Shown here: in pieces, positions 25,177 through 36,832 of the stretch
Numbering within the stretch: the first letter of the stretch is position 1
How the letters are laid out: each line of letters opens with the position of its first letter
Assembly (NCBI GenBank): GCA_051942245.1
Contig: JAVECL010000035.1
Span: 1-64,000, forward strand
Source: Trypethelium eluteriae
Lineage: Eukaryota
Reading direction: 5' to 3'
DNA: 64,000 nt
Notes under the pieces: model-generated
What the model saw: the letters and a program-made list of their open reading frames with translations, nothing else
What the model was told of the DNA's origin: nothing
Databases searched by the model: none
Program-made: the position numbers and the translations under genes

Positions 25177-26463
25177 TCACTGGCGTTTGGCCTCCTTCCT
25201 TGAAACAGTCGTCCCCTTCCATTCTTCTTTCCGCTTCCTCTTTCTCACAAGTGGAGCCATGGAATCCTGGGTCTGGTCACCATAAAAGCTAAGATGGACC
25301 TGGTCGGATTCTACGGAAGTTCTCGCTGACCGACTGAGACTTCGTTGCGTCGGAGCCTCATTGCTGGCACTCCGCTGAGCGCTAAGTAAAGTTATCTCGC
25401 TCAATCGGCTGCTTCGTCTCAATTGGCTGTAATCCTCGACATGCTCTGCTAATATAGCGCTGTTTGTGTGGCTGCTCCCTAGGCTGCCTTCACGAGATCC
25501 AGTAGCAAATACGGATCTAGGCCCTTGACGCACGGGAGGCTTCTTTGGAACATCCTGAAGATAATCTGATTCATCAGGCTCACTTGGAGGATTCCACTGT
25601 TCTCTTGCAAGAGGAGTATACATCGAGTCAATGACGCTATTGTTCGCAGCGAGTAGATGGATCCACCAAAGGGCAAGGCTCACTGTCAAGTCATTCTCAC
25701 CATGCCTGTCCCACTTCACAGATTTCAACTCCATCAAGCCTGCGAGTTCGGCCCGGTGCAGCGGATGGCTGGTTGTCTTCGGTGTATCTACTGGTGACAC
25801 GCGGAACAGCACAACTTCCTTTTCCGTAATGATGAAGCTGTATCTGGAGTTGGTCAAAATGCAATACTTGAAAACTTGAAGCACTGGATCCAACTTATTC
25901 CTGGTTCGCGATCCCCAACGGACACGGCCAAGAGGCACATCACTGCTTGCCCACTTCCTGTTTACTTTCGTATCACCAGGTAGGATAATTTTTGGGCGAT
26001 TAGTAAGCTGTGCATCGATGTCGGAAGATCTGCGGCGTACGCCAGCCCAATCAGGGGCTCCCTTAAAGGGTTTCGCTGAAGAACCTACCACCATTTGCAT
26101 GTTGACATTTTGAAATCTGTGGCATTGTTCGCGTGCCTTTGAAAGTGCTTCTGTTACAACGACCTGGTTCCATTGTCCTACAGGATTCTGAATGGATGGT
26201 TCGGCGCCTACTCTCCGGACACTCTCAGAGGGCGGCTCAATTTGACGTGGCTCGGTGTCTAGGGGCTTCTCCAGAACCCGAAACAATAAGCCAGCTGACA
26301 TGTTCCGCAGCGCGTCAAAGCTGAATTCTTCCCATGGCTGGATTTCTTTCGGCCTGAAGCTAGCATCAGCTCTCGTGTTTTGCTTGCTCGTCGGTTCATC
26401 ACTGAAGTACAGGACGCTTGGGTTTTCGTTTTGAAGATAATATAGAAGGGTTGACTTCTTCAT
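25177..26463 (-). CDS. Putative PD-(D/E)XK restriction-endonuclease-fold protein with a disordered, basic C-terminal tail
   Basis: Single-exon ORF from MKKSTLL (ATG 26463). Motifs PDWAG...ILPGDTK...KW...PVLQVFKYC...RYSFIITEKEVVLFR...LALWWIHLLA give a PD, D-x-K and QxxxY arrangement. The C-terminal RKRKRK is NLS-like. Confidence 0.7.
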   Translation of the reverse strand: MKKSTLLYYLQNENPSVLYFSDEPTSKQNTRADASFRPKEIQPWEEFSFDALRNMSAGLLFRVLEKPLDTEPRQIEPPSESVRRVGAEPSIQNPVGQWNQVVVTEALSKAREQCHRFQNVNMQMVVGSSAKPFKGAPDWAGVRRRSSDIDAQLTNRPKIILPGDTKVNRKWASSDVPLGRVRWGSRTRNKLDPVLQVFKYCILTNSRYSFIITEKEVVLFRVSPVDTPKTTSHPLHRAELAGLMELKSVKWDRHGENDLTVSLALWWIHLLAANNSVIDSMYTPLAREQWNPPSEPDESDYLQDVPKKPPVRQGPRSVFATGSREGSLGSSHTNSAILAEHVEDYSQLRRSSRLSEITLLSAQRSASNEAPTQRSLSRSARTSVESDQVHLSFYGDQTQDSMAPLVRKRKRKEEWKGTTVSRKEAKRQ

Positions 26464-27078
26464 AGCGATTGATGAAGTGTAATTTGTTGAGACCGAGGAG
26501 CCCACGAAAGCTGACAAAAGCACTGCTACGTGCTATTGGGGACTTGCAGTTGTATATGTTTGCTTGGATCCCATTCTCGGAGAAGTAACGAGTGCCGCTA
26601 TCACAGGCAACAGCTCAACACGGGCGTATACGCAGCTTCCCAGGCGGCAGAGTCGAATGACATACGGTCACATGCGCATGGCTTGCATCGGACCTCCCTA
26701 GTAGGGACGTGTTCTGCGGGTCGGAGAGATCTAGTATGCTGATAATGACACCACAAGTCCACAACGACCGGTCTATTTGGGCTGGGACAACAGAGTCGCA
26801 GAAACATCATAAAGCAATGAGCGCTAGAATGAGAAACTTAGCCTCTTTAGATATGAACTGTACACGAAACACCAAAAACTGTGTAAATAATAGTTGTATT
26901 GAGCTTTCTGGAGGATCGGTGTGGGTGAATTGTTGAATGCACCACGTCATCGATGCATGATCTCTGTCGGTAGCCGAGTTCAACGAGCCAGATTCCATCT
27001 GTATTCAAGGCGGACGAATGCCTATCGTCACTTCGCGATGTCAAGTTCGCTTGCAGATTCGCAATCACAAATGTCTAC

Positions 27079-28000
27079 ATGTCTGAACGGAGAGCCGCAA
27101 TTGAAGAGTTTGAGGAACTGCCGCAATCGAGCGAATGGAAGTTATGGAAATTTGAACACACAAAGCGACCAATCAAAGTTCTCAAATTGCTTCATCAAAA
27201 TGGCCAGCATGAGCCGACCACGGCAACTCATGGCTATGTGTTCAGCGTACTGATCGATTCGAACCCTTATGCGCTGAAGATGGTACCTTCCAAACCAACT
27301 CCCTTGCACAAAACCTATTCACTAACGTATCCAGTTCAAATTTTTTGATGTAGAGACTGACAAAGATGAACTAATACCTCTAGATAAGGACATGGTTTCT
27401 GACGATGAATATGAAAGTCAACGCGATCCCTTCTATGCCGAGTGTCGCGCATATGGCTGTATCTATAGCAAGAAGAGACGCAATACTGCACTCGTCGTCA
27501 GATGCTTTGGTTTCATCTCTGTTCCCGCACGAATGGAAAAGACACTGACCGAGCGATTCAATGTGGAAAAGTGGAACCGTCCAGAACATGAGTATGATCT
27601 CAGACCAGAGGATAGGTCGCCTTTCCGCGCACTCGTGAAGACTTTAGTCACAAGGAACGATCCTCTGAGTCAAGTTAGGCTTCGGAAAATGAGAGACGAT
27701 GTGGATGAGCTTCGTCGTATTGGGGTGTTTCCGATGGATGTGAGCCTCAGAAATTTTGCCGGTGGCCGCCTAGTAGATTTTGGTTCCTCGTGAGCAATGC
27801 CGTACTTTTTGGCAAGAATTCGTGCAGAAATTCAGCTTGAGATGGATTTTGAGTATGATCTGAACAGCTTTGATGAGATGGTCGAAGATACAGGGATCAA
27901 GACCACGATTCGCGCCATCCGCAAAGAACCAGAACCTAGCAAAAGGCGATATCCAGAGCGAAAGCGCAATAAGACTCGAATTTTCGGTCATGATCCGTAA
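27079..28000 (+). pseudogene. FTA2-domain (PF13095-like) protein-kinase-like gene with an in-frame TGA at 27791-27793
   Basis: HGYVFSVLIDSNPYALKM | intron 27283-27334 | FKFF...DPFYAECRAYG...RALVK...DVSLRN...GRLVDFGSS*AMPY. The frame stays open for a further 68 codons after the stop. Confidence 0.8.
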
Positions 28001-28559
28001 TAGAGATCATTTCCAATGTTTCGTTCGGGCGGCTTTTGATCCGTTTTGGAACGTAAGCAGATGCCAAGCAATCAGACGAGATACTTGTTCTAGAGAAGCA
28101 ATACATTCCACTCAAATACCAAAAGCTTTCCAGCCCAGGGAATGAGGTCAGGATAGTGGTCCGGTGGCTCCAGATGAAAGATCCAATTTATTCCAGTACT
28201 CGCACTGGAATGATTGGAGCGCCCTGAAAGTAGGAATGAGACATTATCTTAGTGTCAGGAGTCAGTCCAGCGCAACTACTCTACTATATATGGAAAGAGG
28301 CAAATGATAACCTAGATTTCCATTCTCTTGCCACAACTTGAAACGAGATTGAAGCCTAGATGAAAGCTGCTGCGACGACTCTCTTCTTCAGGACCAATTA
28401 GATCAATGTGCCATATTTGAAACTCTATCGGCAGAACCTTGTGCTGGTATTTTAAGTCTCATTGATCTTTCAGGCATTGACAAATACTGTTTCTGCAGGT
28501 CGGGACAGCGTTCGTTGCTTTTTAAAGAGTAGCTACTTCTTCATACCTCAAATCTCAAC

Positions 28560-29230
28560 AGGCCCCACGCAGCATATTGACAGGGAGTGGAGTGCGATGA
28601 ACACCTTGTAATCATTTCATACAGCGAGCGGCCTTTGGTAAAATAATTCAAAACTTACCCGAAGGCTCTCTTCCATCTCTAGAGACTTTACCGTAATGCC
28701 ATTAGCATGTAAAATCGCGAATTGCGAATACAATGCTTTTGAACGGAATTCGAGAAGAGAAGGTATTTGTTTTGTCCAAGCCCTATACACGGACAAGGAG
28801 GAATCCAACATAGAAAAGGAAATATGTAAGAACGGTTGATGTGATACCAAGACTTTAGACAGTGCCGTTAGTCAAGTTCCGACGGAACTTAATGCAAGCG
28901 TATCTCTATCACTAATTCTCAGTTTTCCCTTCAGTAAATTATCAAGACTGATTATTTATTATTTTCCGTATTTGAGAAATTAATTATTGATGTATTCAAC
29001 TGTCTCTATCAAATCTTCAGTAGACTTGCGAAAACATAAATACCGAGTACTGGGTAGAGACTGGGTAGTCTGAGTAGAGGAAGGGCAGCCGACGGCTCGA
29101 ATTTCCCTCTTTCGTCTAAGTAGTACTCTAGAATATTGTTTTAGCCCGAACGTATCCAAGCAAGCACGGGCGGTCATCCTCCCCTTCGATAACAACAATA
29201 ATCCCTGATTAGTCTCGTCGAAGAAATTGC
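28560..29230. other. AT-rich, TpA-rich degenerate sequence (possible RIP-mutated relic)
   Basis: Locally AT-rich (e.g. gattatttattattttcc, taattattga). Minus-strand frames give protein-like stretches broken by many TAA/TAG stops. No family recognised. Confidence 0.35.
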
Positions 29231-29406
29231 TCCGCGCCTACATACAATTTGCTAACAAATTTCTGTGGTGTTTAGATTTGATCATCTCTATATTCGTAAT
29301 GGCATGCGTGGGTTGGGCCACCAGAGATACATGTTCTACCTGGGAGGAACTAAATGTCACCACCATTGACTCCAACAGAAACCCTCTTGCTATCCAAAAT
29401 GATTTC

Positions 29407-30905
29407 TCAGACCGATTCGATTGGACAATGCTCTTTTTGTATCGCAGGCAATGGATACTGCAGAAGCTCGAGCCGTGATACCACGTCGGCCTCGGTCCCT
29501 GGCAAATACCGGCCTGCTACAGACTGTACGTCGAAACCTACCGTCTTGGAGATACCCGCTGCATTCATTCCAGATATCAGCTCATCGTTACTTGAACGGT
29601 GAAATACGTTTGGTTGGTGGCTTGGCTCGGCTCTTTTTTGGATACTTGATCTTCTGCTTCTGGAGTTCGAATTGTCTCCCCTTAGGTATGTCGATAGTGT
29701 CGTTTTGATCTTGTCCAAAAACTCTCTCGACCTCTTATTAGTGATAATGCGGCCTGGACGCATAGCAGGAAGGCATATTGCAATATTTGCAACACCGATT
29801 TCGATCTGGGACCAGAATAAGAGAAGTGTAGTCGTACCAATGATGTCTGAAGAGGAAACACCTAGAACATTTCCAGGCTTCCCATTCTTGAGATAGCTAG
29901 CGTTATATCTAACATTGATATAAAGACGGAGGATGCCACAGACGAGGGACAGAGTACCCGTGAGGAGGGTGGCAACGACAGCGACCTTTTGAATCACGGC
30001 CATGTGCAGCCGCAAAACCTAATGCCAACATCAGAACGCTTGTGAGTGGTGACTAAGGCGAAGGCTGATTGATTACCATGGGTAACGGCAGTAAGATGAT
30101 GAACACATCTCCGACAACGTCGAAAGCGCAACCGAACGTGTTCTCCGCTCTTATGTCTAGACAATCTCTTCTCAAGTTAGCTATCGAAGCTGAACTACTG
30201 CTGAATTTCTTACTCTCCCAGAGCTTCGGCGCCACCCCATATAGCCTATTTAACAGTTCTGTCAGATCAAAAAAAGTCGGAGCAAGTTTCAATACGATTG
30301 ATGGCTTACCGAGAAGCGTCGACCACACATAAAAAAGCTGGACAAGGAGAAGATAGTAGACCACAAGAGAACAAGAGCAAAAAGGGTCCAATTGATGATA
30401 TCGAAAGTTCTATTGCCGCCGCCGTTTTTATTGGCAAATATTCGACGATAAAGGAAGAGGACGGAGAGCTTCATGAAGCCAAGAGCGGCGTAACAGAACG
30501 AAGTCAGAAACCATACAAACTAGATATCTGGATCAGGATCTTTGGAGGAATTTAGTGGACTAAGTGACGAGAGTACCTGGAAGAAAACATTCAATCTATG
30601 CTGCACGTCAGGAGCATCCGAAACCATCAACTGGTGCCCAATGACTTGTTTAGCAACGCCTACGACCACATTAGCGAGTATGCTCTGCGATTTCCAGGAC
30701 GCCGGAATTTGGATGCACCAATGATCAAGCCAAGTCCAAATGCGAGATTGAATAACCAGCCGAGAACGCATGACCACTCGTCCCACCCGAGTCCTGTCTT
30801 GCTAGTCCTCCTGAAATGAAAGCGCACGACAACTGCCGCCAGGCCTATCGCTGGGAAGAAGGCACCGATGAAGGCACATGCTGCGGGAGTGGCATAGTAA
30901 CCCAT
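29407..30905 (-). CDS. Second PTH11-like (rhodopsin-domain) membrane protein, multi-exon
   Basis: MGYYATP...AVVVRF...LGWDEW; MKLSVLFLYRRIF; FDVVGDVFIILLPLPM; LFWSQIEIGVANIAICLPAM. Confidence 0.88.
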
Positions 30906-33281
30906 TGTCGAAGAGAATGCTGTGACTAAATATTCGAGTTCTTCGGGACAACGATCAACGTAGTTATACCGTAGATGTATCGTTGACCTGGACACTAACT
31001 AACACTCTCCGGTGAGTCACAACGTGTCTAGCAGGTGCCATGACTAGCATACCGGTGTATTGAGCTAACTATCCCTGACTGCGTCCCTCGATGCTTCTCG
31101 CCAGAGATTGTTGGAGGATTTCACAATATAATACGATTGTCATCCGCAGGGGCAAGAGAAGCGATGCAGTTGCGCCGATTATGGGACAGCAGGTACAAGA
31201 ACTGGTCAGGCTAGTTTTATCTGGTCTGAAAAAGCTCAAGCAACGTATGAAAGTATCATTCACTTGATACTTTGACGAAGGTGCAAGGAAAAAAAGAATC
31301 AATGCCCATGGGAATCTGCGAGTGCAGAAATCAAGCAATAACTCGCATTTATGTTTGAAACATTTTGGAAGACTTGAAAGCTCAGCTGAAGAAGCAATGA
31401 TGCCTGCAAGAAATATTTCATGCGCAAAATGCCATCTCTGCATTAGTATGACGACCTTGAGCGCCGTCCTGCAGCTAATCGATGGATAATGCGGCTGACA
31501 CACCAGCCTAGTACCCGATGCAGGATGTTTCAACACACCATACAAGGGCACATATACACAAGCAAGCTCAACAGAAGTCTGGAAGAGATGTAGATACTGT
31601 TACCTCACCTTCTCGCCTTCCTCATATCAGGCATGAGGGCATGGCAATACATTAGACGCTCTTCAAGACACCAAGGGCGATTGATGAGCCACTCATCTTG
31701 ACGACTTGCTCCCGTTTCGTTGTCACTCAGTCTATTCTTCATAGTGTATCACTGGCGAAGAGGCGGAAAGGTTGCATCCAGGGCGGGATGTTTTCGCTGA
31801 AGCTCTGCGTGTTGGCCTGTACGGGCGTTGCATTTTTTGTCAGCTACTTCGTCAGCCGCCAAGCTGGAAACTTGCTCTCTGTGCCTGGTCATTCATAAAC
31901 ACATCTAAAGCGCACCTAAAAATTGGAGTCGCTGTTTCCTATTCCCGGAATCATAAACAATAGCTCGCAACTAAACAGTTCCTACATTACTTTAGTGCAA
32001 CTTTCCGCGTTGTTGCTTACTATAGGTAGGTACCTCGGGAATCCTCCCGCTCCCGTGCCGGCGCTTCCCGCTTGCCTCCAGTGGTTGACACTAATTCTCG
32101 AGATATCGCTCGCGGCTTCGAGATATACTCAAAGTTCGAGGGCGCTGAGTGAACAAAAGGACGCGATATATGAGACCCGTATCATCCACACTCACTCGGT
32201 ACTGGGCCATCTTTGTCACATTAACAAATGAAAAAAAGGTGCGATGGTATAACGACAGCTTTCGCTAGAGGTGGCTATCCGACAAAAACAAAGTGAGTTG
32301 TTGCAATGGATTATGTCGCAGACAGGTTCATCGCATCTCCACGCTTGGCAGCGCTTCGCGAATCGCGATAGAGTAGAACGAGAAAAACACTGCGGAGCCA
32401 TCTCAAAGCAGCTGGAGCACCTTGGTCATCGGCAATCGCTCAATGCAAGAACATCAAAAGCGGCAACTTATTTCTCAGCCGAAGAGCCTTGCAATCATGT
32501 TAGCTACATAGCCTTCCATTTACCAACTGCCGTTCAACACATTGATAACGCTGGGCTAGAGTATCGCAAGCAGCGCTTGATACGAGCGTAGCATAACTCA
32601 TGCTCAAGGTAGACTTGTAGGCAACACAATGAAGCCATTACCAAAGTTCATGTGCATTTGATTCGCCCATGTGAAATGAGTTGGGGTGGCTCGATACGCA
32701 GCTTGAAGTTTGAGACTCGTGGCGCGATCGGAGTGGGGTGGGGTGCGGAAGGATCACGATCATCGATTGAAAGATCGCGCTAGAGTACGATATCGTACCT
32801 CTAGAGTATTCATAGAACACGATCCTTGCCTCCCGCCTTCGTCGCGCTGCAGTCCGTATCATCACCCTTCCACCATCGAAGTCGAAGGCATTCTAGGCAT
32901 CGTAGAATATGCATGCTAGATTTCCGAGATGAGCTGGATGCCTGAAGAGGCGAAGTAATCACCCAAAGGCGCTGCAATCTAGTAGGGTTGCTTTTGCTGC
33001 TTTGCAAAAGCCATGCGCCCGGTCTGGGCGGCTGCAGCGAATGATCTATCATTCCTCCACCCCCTGATTGGTGTCTAGGCGCCTTGATGTTACCTCTACT
33101 TTTGGAATTACGCAGGTCACAGCCTCTCCGCCTTCCCTGGGTCAAGGCTGACGCTTTCATGAAATACTCTGAAATGCATTCTCGCTCAGCTTTCCCAGCA
33201 AGCTTGTGTCTTCCTTAACCTATACTTCTTATCAAAGGTCTTCCAACACTGGTAGGGCCCATATTATCAATCTTTCTCTCC

Positions 33282-36200
33282 ATGGCAGCTGAGGGTGTTC
33301 CCACACGACTGATTGTTTGCGTGGATGGAACGTGGTGTACGCCTGATGGACCCCATGGTAAGACTAGCAATAGGGATTGCGGGATCCCGTGTTCGTCTAA
33401 TTAGACGAGTTCTCGACAATCAGCAGAGTGCCAATGCGGAAATGAGCTGACACCATATCCCGCTTCCTCTATGCCCGCACAATTGAAGTTGCAACGACGC
33501 TGACGAATCTCCAGGAAACGAGCATCAAAATATCAGCAATGTTTATCGCCTGTGCGCTAGTGTCAAAGAGGGTCCCGTGGTAGATAAACAAGGGAACAAC
33601 TTCATACAACGTAAGAAGTACTTCAATGGCATAGGCTCGAAAGACAACATATCACGACTGAAAAGGTTGAAAAGCGGTGTTCTCGGGGAGGGATGCTCAG
33701 AGTTGATTCGAGACGTTTATGATGAATGCTGTCAGCTGCCCGGCCATTCGCAAGATGAGTTATGGCTTTATGGCTTCAGCCGCGGAGCTTACATCGTACG
33801 CGCCGTTGCGGGCCTGCTCCATTACATACGTGCTCTCACTTCAGCGGGGACGACTAATTTCCAAATGGATTATTCGAAGGCACTCGGGCAGTACAAGAAT
33901 ATGCAGAAAAATTCCAAACTACAGCAAGGGCGAATCCACGAAATACTTGCCTCTGCTACGCGAGAAGCGCCAAAAATCCAGTTTTTAGGAGCGTTCGATA
34001 CGGTCAAGTACTTCAGCGATCGAGAACTGTACGATATCTCTTTTAACCACTCGATCCGTCACTTCCGCCATGCTCTTGCCCTTAACGAGTATCGGCGAGC
34101 CTTTACTCCAGAATATGCCTTCCCTGAGTTTTATCATGGAGGTCTTTCGAACCGGAGCTTTGTGCAAGCCTGGTTTATCGGCGCACACATTGACATGGGT
34201 GGGTCCGCTGCACGAGATGACTTAGCTCTTTATCCCCTGCAATGGATGTTGCTTGAAAGCAGGCATCAAGGTCTAGCTCTTGAATTTGACCGATCTCTTG
34301 AGTCTCGGGCATATATCGATAACCCGCTTGAGGTCTCGCTATCTGAAGCAGAAGGCGAGGAGAAGTTGTCGAGGTATTGGAATTGTACCACCAAGAACAA
34401 ATTGCAAGTCACGATGCAAGATATACGCAAAACGCACACCTCATCAAGGTATCAAGGGCGATACAGCATCCGTGTCAACCAACATAATGCGATTTATTAC
34501 GTGAAGGAAAGCCGCAAGCCATTCAGCGAAGGGACTCTCAGAGGGTACTGCGAGTATGGTAAGTGCTACAGAACTTTACTTGTTACACCTCATCACGCCC
34601 TAGTCATGGATTGCAATACATCTCTTCGCCGTCGCCTGAAGTTCAGACTGCCTATACCTATTCATAGATAGTCTTGCGCCTACATCAACTGCCTTGATGG
34701 CGGTAAATTAATGTCTTTGACAGGTTTGGAAATCAAAATGATAGTTGCATCAGAAACAGTGTTGATCTGGAACGGTTGCTTCCCAGCTGTAATTTTGGTG
34801 AAAGTTTTCTTCAGCCCAAACTCGCCTTGGGACTTGGGCCCTCTGAGCCTTGAACCAGTATACACTTTCGTCAGTACATTTTCAACATCACTTTGACGAG
34901 CAAATACGCTCTTTGCGGCTATCTCATTAATTTCAAAAGAGCGTCGAGGCCGCATATTGCTCGCAGGATGTACTCTGAGAGCCTCCTCAGATGGAGCTCT
35001 TTCTCTATGACACTCAGATCGATATCGAGCTGCGCTGTAAAAATGCGTGCTAATTAGTGTTAGCTCCGCAGGGCACCATTATTCATCCATCTGTCTACCT
35101 GATCCTCGAAGAGTACCCGGGTTGTCTATTAGGCACAAAAGAAATGACCGACCGACAGCATATTGAGAATTGGCGCAATATGGCTCTCACATCAAGCGAG
35201 GGGTTTTGGAGCGAACAAGGTGATCTTAGTTTGGAGGTCGAAAGGATTCCTATCCGGGTATTGGTTTGTGGCAACACCGGCGTGGGAAAATCCACTTTGG
35301 TGAATAAGATCTTTGGCGAAGAAGTCACGACGTCTTCAGATCGGAAAGCAGGCTTGCACGATGTCAATAACGCCTTTACAACACCAAGTCGACCCGATCT
35401 CATAATCCATGACTCCGGAGGCTTTGAAGCTGGAGGGGATGAAGAGATCCAGAATGTCAAGCGATTTGTCGTAGAAAAGTCCGCGGCCGGTGACATCAAG
35501 GATCGGTTGCACGTGATATGGCAAGTGGAACGCTTCTCTGTACCATGTCTTGCAGCTAAATCACTTCAGGTTCTGCATTGATGTCAACACCGCTCGTACC
35601 CAGCAAAGAGCGACACGAAAGCTTTTCGAGGCTTGTTCACAAAGCGCGAAGAACATTCCGATTGTAGTCATTGCGACAAAGAAGGACGAGTTCATCCGGA
35701 TGCAAAAGGGAACAGCGTTGGAGCAGATGCCAAATATGGATAGTATTCCAACAAGAGAGTTCATGGCTCGTCTGCAAAGCTTTCCCGAAGAGCAGCTCCA
35801 AGAAAGAATGAAGCTGATAGAGAATGAGTTACTGGAGGTGGACACAGGGAGATTCGACGCTATCTTAGGTGTATCAAAAGGTCGGAGAATTGACGACACC
35901 TTTGCTCTCGCCCCAAACTGACTCGGGCAACAGATGACGAGGCATCGCTTAGATTTCTTACGACGGAGACACTGCGTTGCTTTGATCACGAGAAGGTTCG
36001 CCTGTCCTACATTGCCGCGCAAGTGAACACTATCGATCTGAAAGTCGAACTAGCTATTGCGGAGAGCATGCGAGTATACAAGCACACCATGCGAACTTCA
36101 GTCGCTTCAGGAATTATACCAGGAGGAGCTACAACTACCCGTCTCACCGTGGCCGCGGTGGTCTGTCAGAAAGTCGTCAACTGCTTCGGAGTACCCGGTG

Positions 36201-36832
36201 TGAGCGTACAAACTATCCAGCAAATTGTGAAAACGGTCGTCTGGGATGACGTTAAAAACAACCTGGCTGTCTTTGGCGCGGAACTTGTCGCTTTTGGGGG
36301 CATGGCGGCTGGAACTACTGTCATACTTCTCCCGTTGGTTCTGGTTACGGGAGCAATCAATGCTTTCGTCGTCCCTCCTGCTACCGGCCGGCTTCTCTTG
36401 ATGCTTGCTTGCGACCTTATACTCATATTGGTTCAAGCCTTCAAAGAGTCCATCAACAAATGCATTGGACAGCCACGCGATAAAGATATCGAGAGAGCAG
36501 CGCATGCATACTATAAAATCTCGAAGAAAGTCCATAGAGAAGTCAAGGATGTTGTACCGAAGAACATGATCAAAAACTTTAGATATGACAAGATCAGCAA
36601 TAAGTTCAAGACTATCGTCGAGACGTATGTGGAGGAAGTGACCAAAGGTATTGATATGTCGAAGCTACGAATCAACAACCGCGATGACGATGACTCCGAT
36701 TCCGATTCCGCTCCCGACGTCAAAGACGATGATTCTGTTGCAGACTATCTCAAGCCTGCAATGACGTCTACCTCAACCCTCGTTTCTGATCACAACTCCT
36801 GGGATACACCTGTCCACAAGAAAGAGCTCTAG
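33282..36832 (+). CDS. DUF2235 (Tle1-like alpha/beta hydrolase) fused to a P-loop GTPase and C-terminal hydrophobic helices
   Basis: Hydrolase: RLIVCVDGTW, LYGFSRGAYIVR, FLGAFDTV, RHALALNE, WFIGAHIDMGG. After intron 34559-35063 the GTPase follows: G1 VCGNTGVGKSTL, G3-like DSGG, G4 TKKD. Other introns include 33358-33514 and a GC-AG intron at 35521-35569. Confidence 0.88.

Noticed and set aside
27079..28000. Literal annotation as kinetochore Sim4 complex subunit Fta2
   Set aside because: Motifs are protein-kinase-like and the context is accessory; the domain name alone does not support a kinetochore role.
31000..33250. Short ORFs and CG-rich palindromes (e.g. tcgcgaatcgcga) in the long intergenic region
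   Set aside because: No coherent gene model or repeat structure; most likely promoter DNA for two divergent genes.
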